This document shows positions 1 through 12,370 of a DNA stretch of 64,000 nt, one piece after another. Source of the DNA: Stegostoma tigrinum. Its lineage: Eukaryota. Position 1 is the first letter of the stretch, and the number at the start of each line of letters is the position of its first letter. A model generated the notes under the pieces. That model ran no database searches and had not been told where the DNA came from. It worked only from the letters and a program-made list of their open reading frames with translations. Location: assembly GCF_030684315.1 (NCBI RefSeq), contig NC_081387.1, positions 7,048,497-7,112,496 on the forward strand. The letters are read 5' to 3'. The position numbers and the translations under genes were made by a program.

Positions 1-164
1 TCAGGTGAAAGCTTAAGTACAGGAGTTGTGACATCATGCTATAACTGTTCAAGGCATTGGTCAAGCCAAAAATGTATATTGTGTACAATTCTGGTCGCCC
101 AGCTCGAAGAAGTATATTATTAGACTGGAAGGGTGCAGAAACAGATTTACTAGCTGTGACAAAG

Positions 165-470
165 GGGTGGCACAGCAGTTATCATTTCTGCCCCACAGCA
201 CCAGTGACCTGGGTTCAATTCCACCCTTGGGTAACTGTCTGTGAGGTGTTTGCATATTCTCCCTGTGTCTGTGTGGGTTTCCTCTGTCCGCCCTGATTTC
301 CTCCCCCACAGTTCAAAGATGTGCAGGCTAGGTGGATTGGCGATGCTAAATTACCTGTAGTTTCAGGGATGTGTAGATTAGGGGGATGGATTTGAGTGGA
401 TGCTCTGAGGGTGTGGGCTTTTTGGGCTAAAGGGCTTGTTTCCACACTGTAGGGATTCTATGATCTATGG
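165..470 (+). mobile_element. tRNA-derived SINE (HE1-like) with CR1-type tail
   Basis: A box ggtggcacag, B box gggttcaattcc, conserved body, 3' ttctatgatctatg repeat. Confidence 0.8.
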
Positions 471-474
471 AAGT

Positions 475-1300
475 TATCTCAGAGTACAATCGGCTTTTGA
501 TCAGAAGGGCCAATGGGCCAAGGAGATGGAGTTTAATTTAGATAAACGTGAAGTGCTGCATTTTTGTAAGGCAAATCAGGGTAGGACCTATGCTCTCAGA
601 GGCAATGGGAACTGCAGATGCTGGAGAATCCAAGATAACAAAGTGTGGAGCTGGATGAACACAGCAGGCCAAGCAGCATTTTAGGAGCACAAAAGCTGAC
701 TTTTTGGGCCTTATAAGGGGTCCAGGCCCGAAACATCAGCTTTTGTGCTCCTAAGAGGCTGCTTGGCCTGTTGTGTTCTTCCGGCTCCACATTTTGTTAT
801 CCAGGACTTATGCACTTATTGATAAGATCCTGGGAGTGTTGCCTAACCAAGAAGCCTTGGAATGCAGGTTCATAGTTTCTTGAAAGTGGAGTCAAGGTTA
901 GGCAGGATATTGAAAAAGGCATTTGGTATATTTGTTTTTATTGGACAGTGCATTGAGTATAGGAGTTTGGATGTCATATTACAGCTGTACAGGAATTGGT
1001 TAGTCCACTTTTGGAGTGGTGCATTCAATTCTGGACTTAAAAGGGACCGAAGTGACAATATTTTCACACAGAGGGTGGTGCACATATGGAATGTTCTGCC
1101 AAAGGAAGTGGTGGGAATTAGTACAATTACAACATTTAAAATTAATCTGGATGTATACATAAATAGGAAAGATTTAGACGGATATGAACCAAATGCTGGC
1201 AAATGGGATTAGATTAATTTAGCATATCTGGTCAGTATGGATGAGTTGGACCAAATGGCCTTTTTCTGTGCTGTACAACTACATGACACTACGATTCTAA
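475..1300 (+). mobile_element. CR1 (HER1-like) LINE 3' end
   Basis: ORF2 C-terminus KKAFG..FIGQCIEYRS..LQLY..FTQRVVHIWNVLP; interrupted by PLE 597-801. Confidence 0.88.
597..801. mobile_element. Short non-autonomous PLE F1 palindrome inserted in CR1
   Basis: Inverted arms gataacaaagtgtggagc.../...gctccacattttgttatc, 37-nt left tail, degenerate 15-bp TSD taggacctatgctct / caggacttatgcact. Confidence 0.88.
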
Positions 1301-1304
1301 GACA

Positions 1305-4300
1305 GCTAGCAATGAGACTTTATTTTTATCCTTAATGAGATGCTGAGAGACAATTTGGCATATAGGATTAATGATGTAACCATGCAAACACGCTTATTAG
1401 CTGAATCCCAACAGGACTACTAACAGGCACCACTGGATTTATCATTGGAAAATGGGGCAAGTGAAGCATATGATTTGTAGGGTATTTCAATGGAAGTGGA
1501 TACTTTGCTAATCTAGCTGAGCATGAGGAATTCCACTTAAGTAACAGCAATTGCATAGCTTCACTCAGGACATATCCTGAACAGGGGGACTGTAGGTCAG
1601 CCCACAGCAAATCCCTAAACAAATCCCAGCCTTGGCCAAATGGTTAAATTTCTCTTCAAGATCGTGGTTGGCAAACTGTTGTAGTTGCTGCTCTTGTGTA
1701 GACTTGATACAGCAAAATAGTCTCCGTCAACATAAATTGAGGAAGAGAACTCATAGGCCGGTATGCAGGAGAATGCACACCATGGAGAGGCCAACTATAT
1801 CTGATTTGGAACAGTTAAATTGCTTAGCAATTTAAACAGATCTAAATTAGAACCAACAAAATAAACATCTTGTTAATTGCTCACCCAGTTCTAATGGAGA
1901 TTAATTCTGGTATGCACATTTCCGTAATTGCAAAACCAGTTTATAACCAAATTCATTCTGGACTCCAAACCTTAAGTTTTTGCCAGACCTCGGCCATACC
2001 GTGGAACATTTATAGATTGAGTGTACAACTTTGGTTCCAGTCTCATACGAAGAATCAGCTGGTTCAGGTAACACTGATTGTAGTAAAAAGCTCAGGTCCA
2101 AGCTTGATGGAGCAAAATTGGTTGAAAGAGATTCACCTAGATTGGATCAACATTTTTCAACTATAAAATAGCCCCTTGAGCGAAGTCCTAACTAAATACC
2201 TGGAAGGTTTTCAGGAGGGTCTAGGGACTTTCAAAGGAGTCAAAGCCATCTTGTATGTTGACCAGGAAGCAATTTCACAATTCTGCAAAGCCCACCCAGA
2301 AGGCTGGAAAGTGAAGGAATCATCCAACCAGCCCAGTCTGAAGAATGGTCAGCACAAGTGATACCGATTGTGATCCTCAACAGGTCAGTTCACCTTTGTG
2401 GGAACTTTGAACAAATGGTAGACTGCTTTTCATGGCTGGATAAATACCTAGTTCTTTGCATAGTGGATTTATATGCAAAGCTGTCAGGGTGGCTGTCTTT
2501 CATGAAGCTGCACATGAGCGATGTGTACTTCCAATTGAGGCTAGATGAGGATTCCCAAAAGATTGTTACAATTCGTACCCAGAAGGGTTTGTACCAATAT
2601 ATGGCACTGCCTTTTGGGGTATTGTCAGCTTGTTCAACTTCTCGACGGATGTTTTGAAAACATTTTGAAAGGTCTATCCAAGGTCGCTATTTATCTAATA
2701 ACAGGGAAGACCAATAAGGAGAACTTACAGAGAACTTGGATATAATCCTCAGGTGTTTTTCTGAGGTGAACGTACACTCTAAAAAGGAAAAAAAGAAATA
2801 TGCTGCTTTAGGCTACAGTCAACAAGACCAGGTATACCCATTGGAAAAGAAAAAAATAAATAAAATAAGGGTGATCAAAAATGCCCCAGGTCCCATCTTA
2901 GTACCAGAGATTGGATACTTGGGCTGGTGAATTATTATGGAAACTTCATACTCAACCTTGCCTCCATCCTGGCACTTTCACTTCAACTCTTGAAAAAGAG
3001 ACAGCCTTGGAAATTGTTACATAACCAAGCCATAGCTTTCAGGGAAGTGAAGAAACAGCTATCATTCCCTAAGATGTTGGCGCACTGAGATCCAAAGCAA
3101 GATTTGGTATTGACGTGATACCTCTCCATACAGTGTCAGGATAGATGCAGAACGTAAATATACTCAGATAGAGAAGGAAGGCTTAGTGGTCAAATTATGA
3201 GTCAGCAAGTTCCACTAATGTGTAATGGTTGTAAATTTTTAACAATAACAGACCACAAACCCTGCTAGATCTACGCAAAGAGGCTGTGCCACCAATAACT
3301 TCAATCCGAATTCAGCTGTGGGCTCTTAGACTAAATGCATATAATTAAAAGTTGGAACACCATCGGGGAGGCTAAGTAGCAAATGTGGATGCATTGAGCC
3401 ACCTCCCTCAGGCGGATGTGCCACTGGTGCTACCTCCACTGGAATAGTCCACAATGTTTTTCAATTTTCTGGATACACTTCCAGTCACGGTGGACAATTT
3501 GAGACTTTGGACACAAAAAGATCTGTTGCTGGCAAAATTGAAACAGCTGGTGGTGATAAGAGAATCCAAAGTGCCATCGCAACCAGAACTGAAACCTCTG
3601 ATGCTCGGAGAGACCAGATCATAATAGAGGATGGTATATAATTGTGAACAGCAAGTGTGATTATCATGAGCATTGGGTTGCTGCCAGATTGTGTCTGAAC
3701 ATCACAAGGATTATCCAGGGATTTCCAAAATGAAGATATTTTTGAGACTTTATGACTTCTGGCCAGGACTAGACACAGACATAGCTGTGTCAGTGAGGCA
3801 GTATCCAGAGTGTCAACCAGGAGAAAAATTACTGCCAGCAGCCTCTCCACATTCATGAGGACGGCTGGATAAGCCCTGGACTTGGTTTGACTATGCTGGT
3901 CATTTCATTGTCTCATTGTTCTTAGTCAATGTGGACGTCAGTTCAAAATAGCTGGAAGTGCACATAGTTCGTTCGTCAAACAGGGGTGCAATGACAGAAA
4001 AACTGCACACATATTTTGCAATACACGGAATACCAGAAATGTTGATCGAAGATAACAGGCAGTCATGTGCCAGCAGGGAACCTAAGCATTTCCTAAAATT
4101 GAACAGTATTTACCATATAAGGAAAGCTCCATGCCATCCATCATCCAATGGTCTGGCAAAAAGAGCAGCCTAAACTTTTGAGGCAGACTCAAAGAAACAG
4201 TCTACTGCTTTAACAGATATCAAACTGCCCTGTTTCCTACTTGATTATAGGATGGCGATAATGCAACTATAATGAATAGCTCCAGCAGAGTTGCAAATGG

Positions 4301-5147
4301 GGAGAAGACTCTACACCTGGCTAAATATGATGTTCCGGAACCTTTCTGGGGTGGAGGGGACAGGAATGCCAATGTCAGACACAAGATCCCACTAAGTGAC
4401 AGACAGTTTATTCAGGGAACAAAATTTGGTATGGGAACCTCAGCAGTGGCCCTGCATGGGTAAGAGGCACGGTCGATGTGAAGATAACAAAGTGTGAAGC
4501 TGGATGAACACAGCAGGCCAAGCAGCATCTCAGGAACACAAAAGTCGATGTGAAGTCAGTCCAGGGATGCATAAAGTTCAGGTATGTGTGACGGTCCTGA
4601 ACAAGCATGTTGATCACATGAAAGCTGCAAACTCGCAAGTGGTGCAGGAACAAAGTGCCCAGCTCTCTAACTGCTTTATCAAATGTCCGAGAACCCATAG
4701 TTTCTTCCTCTCCATTAAGCATTGAAGACATCTCTTAACTAACTAGAAACAGTGGATGGCGCCACCTCAACACCTTAGTCACCTGAAAGAGGAGAATGAA
4801 TTTCTTACGAGATGCTCCGGCTGCAAGAGGAGAGTTAATATGCATTCCCGCCATCCATATCAGAGGCAGAATTAGAGGAATCTGAGCCAGTGCAAAAACA
4901 TCCCAGAGAAGGGGAGGATGCAGTCATTGCAATGAGGTCAACCAGGTGGATCTCTCAGAATACGATTCTCTTATTTGGCTGTTAATCTGATCCAATCATG
5001 GAGCCCTGCATGACAGATATTAACTGGAGTGTCAGAGAATCTGTTCACAGAGAGCTGGCTGAGGGAGCTAGATCCATGTCAACGGCTCTCCATATGTACA
5101 TGAAGGGTGACTTTGTGATGGGATACTGCAGTCTGTAGAATTAGTTA
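1305..5147 (+). mobile_element. Decayed Gypsy/Ty3 LTR retrotransposon (pol plus 3' LTR)
   Basis: RT YQYMALPFGV, integrase zinc-finger remnant H..PGISKMK..FWPGLDTDI..C, core HPSSNGLAKRA, polypurine tract agagaaggggagga 4905-4918 followed by TG (LTR ~4919-5147); many stops and frameshifts. Confidence 0.88.
4484..4543 (-). mobile_element. 60-bp PLE F1 single-arm insertion in Gypsy
   Basis: F1 arm sequence flanked by perfect TSD gtcgatgtgaag (4472-4483 / 4544-4555). Confidence 0.88.
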
Positions 5148-6928
5148 GCGTCCCTTCCTTCTTGTCTGAATATATCATGAAATGGGCTAGTAGTAATTTT
5201 AAAGAATCTTGTTTATCTTTCTGAAAATAAGCATCTAAAAAAATTGATTAAGCTCTGCTATGTACTGCTTGTGTGTTTTGTGGAGGCTCCAAGTGATATG
5301 GGAGCTGGATTATTACCTGAAAAGTGAACAAATGTACAGAGGGAAGGTGGGAGAATAGCATTAGGACATGGTCTTTTGAAGTTGCGTGCTGACATGACAT
5401 ACTCAGTGGTCGCCCTCTGTGATGTAACAGTTCTGTGATTCTGAGATATCAGTATTTTACTCGTGCACCCAGAGCGTTTCCAGTCCTCTTGAAACATTTT
5501 CTTATAAATGACACTGAAGTATTTTCACCTTAAATTATTCGTTTCAATAAAACAAAATCAGTTCTATATGCATTGCACTTGACCAAGCCATTTTGTAACC
5601 AAAGAAAGTTGCTTTTCTGTGGGTATTGTCCAAATAGTCTTTATTTGTGAAAGCAAAACAATTTTGAATACTTTGTAAAAACCAAAAGAACTACTTAACA
5701 CTTTAGGTATCAATAATTCCTTCTTATTTCACTGAACTTAACAGCAACTTGAATTCCATTTAACTTAATTATAATTTAATTCTATCAGAGTTAAATATAT
5801 AAATTAGTTTGACTTGAAACAAATGCCACCTCAATTCAAATGAAGCGGTCAACTTTTGCTCTTGGCATGGATCTTGCATCGTGATACTTTGTTGCTAAGT
5901 ATATCTGGTGAATGTGGGTCTAGAGTGTTGGTAAGGAAAAATTTCTGCGCTGTTAACTTCATTGCAAATTTCACTCAAACAAAGGATCCAGTGCACCAGG
6001 TTTTGCAAAATCACAATTTTGCCTATATTCTGTCCACGTCAGCAATTTCTTATTCAGATATTGCTTAACCAAGCTTTGCCAATCAATAGGAATCTCTAGG
6101 AATTTAATCTGTCACTTTAACTTGTGCGTTTTGCAACTGAAAATCTGCCTTTTCTTTACTGACAGTATCAAGTTTCTATATGACCTCTGCATTTTCTGAT
6201 CTCAACTCACTTATCTCAGCATTGTCCTGCCGTAACACACACACATTTCACAGACTAAGTTTGTGCAAAAAGTCAAATTCCCACAGCCATTTTCTTACAG
6301 ACCTCTTGACCAACTAACAGATAATATGGATTGCTGGGATTTGAGATATCACAAGCTTCTCAATACTTTGTGCACTTCGGAAATCTCTTATTCAAGTGTT
6401 TCTTAACCAAGCTCTCCCATTCACATTTATTGTCTGCCATGATTTCAAAGCTAAGTTCCAATGCCAAATTCAACAGCACAAAAATTCAAACGTTATGATT
6501 AAATCTAAAAATCCTTGCTTCTACCCACACTCAAATCCTGGCTGTCATGTGGGGCAGTTGCCCTCTTCCTCAGGCTCAAGCTGGATTTCTAAAAATAAAA
6601 GACTAGTAGGTTCCACTTCGGAGCAACTTAAAATTTACCTCTTATCAAAGCCCACCCAGAGGCATCAATTATCGTGGATAAATTGGCACAAGTTACCTTG
6701 AGGTTCAGCTACTGAAGAATTCACACAAACAAATACCGAAACAATGATTTAAAAACTTAATTGCAAATAAAAACCAAAATTCGACCCCCTCAAATAAACA
6801 AGTTCAGCCTCACAACTCAACTTGTTTATTGGAGATAATGGGAACTGCAGATGCTGGAGATTCCAAGATAATAAAATGTGAGGCTGGATGAACACAGCAG
6901 GCCAAGCAGCATCTCAGGAGCACAAAAG

Positions 6929-6960
6929 CTGACGTTTCGGGCCTAGACCCTTCATCAGAG
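6929..6960 (-). ncRNA. Minimal type I hammerhead ribozyme motif (PLE F1), intact core
   Basis: CU-CUGAUGA-A-GGGU(CUAG)GCCC-GAA-ACGU-C-AG: conserved core, stem II, palindromic ACGU in place of helix III; stem I only 2 bp. Confidence 0.7.
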
Positions 6961-7182
6961 AGGGGGATGGGGGGAGGGAACTGGAATAAATAGGGAGAGA
7001 GGGGGAGGCGGACCGAAGATGGAGAGTAAAGAAGATAGGTGGAGAAGGTGTGGGTGGGGAGGTAGGGAGGGGATAGGTCAGTCCAGGGAAGACGGACAGG
7101 TCAAGGAGGTGGGATGAGGTTAGTAGGTAGCTGGGGGTGCGGCTTGGGGTGGGAGGAAGGGATGAGTGAGAGGAAGAACCGG

Positions 7183-7624
7183 TTAGGGAGGCAGAGACAG
7201 GTTGGACTGGTTTTGGGATGCAGTGGGTGGGGGGGAAGAGCTGGGCTGGTTGTGTGGTGCAGTGGGGGGAGGGGATGAACTGGGCTGGTTTAGGGATGCA
7301 GTGGGGGAAGGGGAGATTTTGAAACTGGTGAAGTCCACATTGATACCATATGGCTGCAGGGTTCCCAGGCGGAATATGAGTTGCTGTTCCTGCAACCTTC
7401 GGGTGGCATCATTGTGGCAGTGCAGGAGGCCCATGATGGACATGTCATCAAGAGAATGGGAGGGGGAGTGGAAATGGTTTGCGACTGGGAGGTGCAGTTG
7501 TTTGTTGCGAACTGAGCGGAGGTGTTCTGCAAAGCGGTCCCCAAGCCTCCGCTTGGTTTCCCCAATGTAGAGAAAGCCGCACCGGGTACAGTGGATGCAG
7601 TATACCAAATTGGCAGATGTGCAG
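7183..7624 (-). pseudogene. 5'-truncated PLE GIY-YIG endonuclease C-terminus
   Basis: CTSANLVYCIHCTRCGFLYIGETKRRLGDRFAEH...VANHF...EQQLIFRLGTLQPYGIN: VY..CxxC..YIG motif with conserved R, E and N. Confidence 0.93.
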
Positions 7625-7958
7625 CCCAGCCCAGCCCAGTTCATCCCCTCCCCCCACTGCACCACACAACCAGCCCAGCTCTTCCCCCCCACCCACTGCA
7701 TCCCAAAACCAGTCCAACCTGTCTCTGCCTCCCTAACCGGTTCTTCCTCTCACCCATCCCTTCCTCCCACCCCAAGCCGCACCCCCAGCTACCTACTAAC
7801 CTCATCCCACCTCCTTGACCTGTCCGTCTTCCCTGGACTGACCTATCCCCTCCCTACCTCCCCACCCACACCTTCTCCACCTATCTTCTTTACTCTCCAT
7901 CTTCGGTCCGCCTCCCCCTCTCTCCCTATTTATTCCAGTTCCCTCCCCCCATCCCCCT

Positions 7959-7990
7959 CTCTGATGAAGGGTCTAGGCCCGAAATGTCAG
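7959..7990 (+). ncRNA. Minimal hammerhead ribozyme motif (mirror copy, ACGU changed to AUGU)
   Basis: CTGATGAAGGGTCTAGGCCCGAAATGTC at 7961-7988. Confidence 0.6.
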
Positions 7991-9208
7991 CTTTTGTGCT
8001 CCTGAGATGCTGCTTGGCCTGCTGTGTTCATCCAGCCTCACATTTTATTATCAACTTGTTTATTAACTGATTAACAGTTGAATTTAGCTACAATTCCAAC
8101 CAATAGAGCCTGTCTCTCGGTATGCCTATGTTTTGAAGCGAGCTCACTGTTGCTTTCCAAAATGCTGCTAATGAAGGGTTCTGGTGTTGGATTCTTGTAC
8201 TGAAGGACAAAACTACATGATGTGCTATAACTACCAGTTGCCCTTACAGCATAAATCAGCTATTTATCAAGCAGTTGTTAACAGTGTTGTTCATGTCGCT
8301 TTAATGTCACCTACTCCCAAAGTGGCTAATTGTTTTCAATTCCTGTATAACATTTCCCTTGTCCTTTAAGAACTTAGTCCAGACAGTTATTACTCCTTCC
8401 TTCTGTGTTTAATCCATAACTAGCTACTGAGTCCTGAAGTTCAAAATATCACAACCTTGTAACACTATTTACCTTGGTGTTCCTCTATGAATCAGTTGCA
8501 CATCTATAAACATATTGATCTATCATCTCTATACTTGAGAGTATACATTGCTTTGTCCTTTAGGGAGTGTGAGCGTGTGTGTACATTTATTTATCCAACA
8601 TTTCTGCATGTGTGTACACATCCACCTCTATCCATCAATTTAGATGTGTGAAATGCAAACATACTGGAATCATATTAAAAATTAAAATGACATTCAACTG
8701 AGCTTCCTCACAGCAGGAATGAAGGTCAGATGATTAGAAAAAAACCCTGACACAAAGTCAAAGTCAATCAAAAAAAAATAGCTTCCAGTTGCGGATGTTC
8801 TTGTCATGAATTAGGGTGAGAACAGTCTGGTCAGCTCATGTGGTTCGAGTGTCTGATGAACAAATGGTCTTTCTGGAGCATTCTGGGATCAACGAAAAGC
8901 GTTGTGAAGTCTGCTTAAAAGCATCTTTGAAACAGTGCAAGCTGTACCTTGGTATTTGGAAATGCATTGTTCAAGATTCGAAATTATGAGAGCAAAAGTC
9001 AGCTCTGAAGAGGTCTCCAACTGTGAAGCTGTTCACTTTGCAAAGCAACAGTTACATTAAACAGCAGCAGCAAAGTCTGGTTTGAAACATCAGGATCCCA
9101 AATAGCAGGAACTGGAATCTCTTATTCAATCAATGGAAGCACAATCCCAGTAATGATCAAACCAAGGAGGAGTGGATGGGTTGGAAGATGAACACTTCAC
9201 TTACTGAG

Positions 9209-9240
9209 TCATGAAGGAGCGAGAACAGTGACATCAGAAG
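9209..9240 (-). pseudogene. Candidate terminal coding exon ((T)SDVTVLAPS*) followed by putative 3' UTR
   Basis: Strong acceptor cctttttttctttttattttcccag, SDV motif resembling class I tails, stop at 9209-9211, minus-strand AATAAA near 8586-8591. Confidence 0.35.
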
Positions 9241-10019
9241 CTGGGAAAATAAAAAGAAAAAAAGGTGAGGTATTCAAAATCAACCATGGGGCCCAGGATT
9301 TATTCACTTCCCAGCATTAACTAAAAAGATTTTAAAATGATGATTGTGAAGAGAATACAGACTAGAAAAAAAAAGGCAGGGGCAGTCCAAATTGGTACAG
9401 CCCCAAATCAGTGATTCCAAATTTTGAGAAGTCAGGTATTGAAGTGAGGAAATCAACACTGCGTCCATTATATTCCATAGAACTGACTGATATTCTCTGG
9501 AATTGAGAATAATGTAGGGTAATCCCATTGACAGGTAAACACATCTGAAGATTTGAGAGATGGCATGAGTTACATCTTGGCTACAAAGTCAAGAACTAGC
9601 GTACAAGTTCATCTAGTTGGAAGTGAGCTGAGAAGAAACTTCTTCACTGAAGATTATTAACCATTGGAGCATTCGCACCCCACAGCACTCACTCGTTGAG
9701 TATATGAGAGATGGGGGTTGGTACACTCTGAATCGTAACAGCAGCAGATAGAAGGCAGTCTGCTCAACTCTGTTGATTCTATGTGAAGCAATCCAGTCAG
9801 TTTCACTTGCCATTCTTTAACCCCAACCTTGCAATCCCATTTATTTCCAGTGCATATCCAATTTTAATTGGAAATTGTTGCTTATTTCTGCTTCCATCTC
9901 TCCAGTAAGGAGTGAGTTGATAGTCATTACATTCTCTGTGCAAAAAAATAGTCTTCTCAACTCCCTTTTTTCTCTTAGCCAAAATCTTGAACTTGCGGCT
10001 CCACCTTCCACCTACAAGC

Positions 10020-10342
10020 AGAGAGGGATTCTACATGGAAGCAGGCCACTTGGCCCATCAAATCCACAGCACCATTCTGAATAGTATCCCACCCAGGCCC
10101 GCCCTCTCTATCCTGTACCTCAGCATTTCCCATAGCTAATCCACCCAGCGTGCACGTTCCTGGACCACGCACCTGGCTGCACATGTTTTGCCTGTGGGAG
10201 GAAACAGGAGCACCCAGAGAAAACGCCCGTGACACAGGGAGAACATTATACTCCACACAGACAGACGCACAAAGCTGGAATAGAATCTGGGTCCCGGGGG
10301 CTGCAAGGCAGTAGTGCTAACCAATGAGCTACTGTAACACCC
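10020..10342 (-). mobile_element. tRNA-derived SINE (HE1-like)
   Basis: Reverse-complement similarity to 165-470. Confidence 0.78.
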
Positions 10343-11473
10343 TGGTCCTTGTACGAACCAGTAAGGAGTTCCTTGTCCTTCTGTACCATACCTAATCCTA
10401 TCATAATCTCGTGCACCTCTATTAAAGCTCCCCCAGTCTCCGCTGTTCCAAAAAGAAATAGCCCACCTTTTCTAATTTAAACTTGCGGATAATGTCTTTC
10501 ATCACTAGAACTATTCTTGCAAACTTCCTCTTCAATCTCAAAACACCCTGAGTTCCGTTGTGGAAGGTGATCTGGAAGCAATATTACAGTTGTGGCATAT
10601 GAATTGGAGCAGGGGTAGACCACTCTGTCCATTGTGGCTGCTCCGTCACTAAATTAAGTGAGTGACTGCAACCATAAATTCACATTCCTGCCTACCAATC
10701 AAAACATTTCACTCTCATTTAGTGAGAATCTAACTACCTGCATACATTTGCCTGAAAAATAGTCACAGACTCAACTTCAAATTCAAGGATTCTGTTATAA
10801 GTACCTGAGCGTTCGAAAGGGTCATAATCCTGAAAGGAAAGAGGAGCCTAATCTGTTCTTAAATGAGTGAACAATAGTTTTCTTTTTTTAACAGAAAGCC
10901 TCGACTTCAATTCTCCCTGGAGAAGAAACATTTGTTCCACATCTACCCTGTCAAGACCTCTCAGGATCTTATATTTCACTCCAGAGAACTAATCACATTT
11001 TGTAAAGATTTAGTTAGCATAAATTCTCTGCAATATCTGTATTTAACGACAACCAAGTTTCCACATGCCTTGCTCACCACTCTCAGACTTGCATGCTAAA
11101 GTCAAGAATCAAAATCTATGTGTTTCCAGGTCTGCTATTCCTGCATAATGCTCAGAATTATGCCGTTACAATTACATTTTAACTCTGACTCTTCTTCCAA
11201 TCATGTCAACTCAGACTTCTCTGCACCACATTCCATCTGCCACTTGTCTAGCCATTAGCTAGTCTAAGCCCTATTGCAGTTACTTCGTATAATTCTTACT
11301 GCATTTATCACTTCTCCAAAATTAGTTTTGGTGGCAAACTTTTAAATTTCAACTTGCATCACCATATTCAAATTATTTATATAGGTCGACAAAAGTGACG
11401 GTGGAGTCACTGATCCTTAGGAAGCAGCACTATCACTCTCCAGCCTGAAAAAAACCATTAACAATGAGTCAAA

Positions 11474-11660
11474 GATAACAAAGTGTGAAGCTGGATGAAC
11501 ACAGCAGGCCAAGCAGCATCTCAGGAGCACAAAAGCTGATGTTTCAGGCCTAGACCCTTCATCAGAGAGGCTCCTGGGATGCTGCTTGGCCTGCTGTGTT
11601 CATCCAGCTTCACACTTTATTATCTTGGATTCTCCAGCATCTGCAGTTCCCATTATCACT
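11474..11660. mobile_element. Short PLE F1 palindrome (tail on right)
   Basis: Inverted arms, antisense hammerhead remnant 11538-11565, tail ttggattctccagcatctgcagttcccattatc. Confidence 0.88.
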
Positions 11661-12267
11661 CAGCAATTCCTCGTCATTTTTTCCCCATTCTCTCACACAC
11701 ATGCACACACTCGCAGACGCACACAATCTTCAAACAAACTGCACCTTCAGTCACTTGCTGCAAGCTGTTGTTTAAGTCATCCTTGGCAAATCTGTAGAAG
11801 CAAAATAAATGTCACTTAGAACGGGGGATAACCCATTATCAGAGAATGTGAACAAAGCAGTGTGTTCGAATGTAGATTATGAAATAAGTGTAACAGATCA
11901 AGAGACAGAAATAAACTTTTGAAGTCTACAATATTCTTTTAAAAAAATAGGCTTATGCACTAAGTACAAACCATTAATGATCACCATTTTAAAATATAAA
12001 ATAACAACCAGAACCTGATAATTCATTTTAAATTATATGTAGTAGGGTTGACTGAATGACTAACAACACAAAAGACATAACACAGCCACAGTCAAAACAT
12101 TTTAGAACCATCAAATTCATTGTCATCAGCACGTGTTAACTCAGCATTCTGAGTTATTTTCGGCTATAACATCTCTGTCGTGTCCAGCAACAGGGATTTC
12201 ACGTGCTACTCACACTACATCTCAACAATACCTAGGCAGAAACACTATATGATGAATACCCACCTAC

Positions 12268-12370
12268 TTTTCATCTTCTGGGCTCGGAGAACTTTTCCGC
12301 CTTCTCTACAGAATTCCATATTGGAAACAACAAAACTCTCAATGTCCTTTGGCCTCAGCTTCGGTCTGGG
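12268..12370 (-). pseudogene. Candidate class I cytoplasmic exon B (PRPKLRPKDIESFVVSNMEFCREGGKVLRAQKMK)
   Basis: Acceptor ttttatttaatcag, donor A|GTAGGT, open in phase 0 to 1, apparently non-repeat sequence. Confidence 0.3.

Larger units (their letters stand above)
6831..8052. mobile_element. Young Penelope-like element (family F1) inserted as a fold-back palindrome
   Basis: 422-bp inverted arms 6867-7288 / 7631-8052 (about 2 mismatches seen), GIY-YIG coding spacer, 36-nt one-sided tail 6831-6866, perfect TSD aacttgtttatt (6819-6830 / 8053-8064). Confidence 0.95.

Noticed and set aside
597-801. Short palindromes as DNA-transposon MITEs or CRISPR-like repeats
   Set aside because: Arms are the PLE 3' UTR, with an asymmetric tail and long TSDs; no regular repeat-spacer array anywhere in the window.
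7183-7701. 172-aa ORF as an intact GIY-YIG gene
   Set aside because: The N-terminal ~26 aa come from the antisense of the inverted arm across the junction at ~7625; it is a chimeric truncated TE frame.
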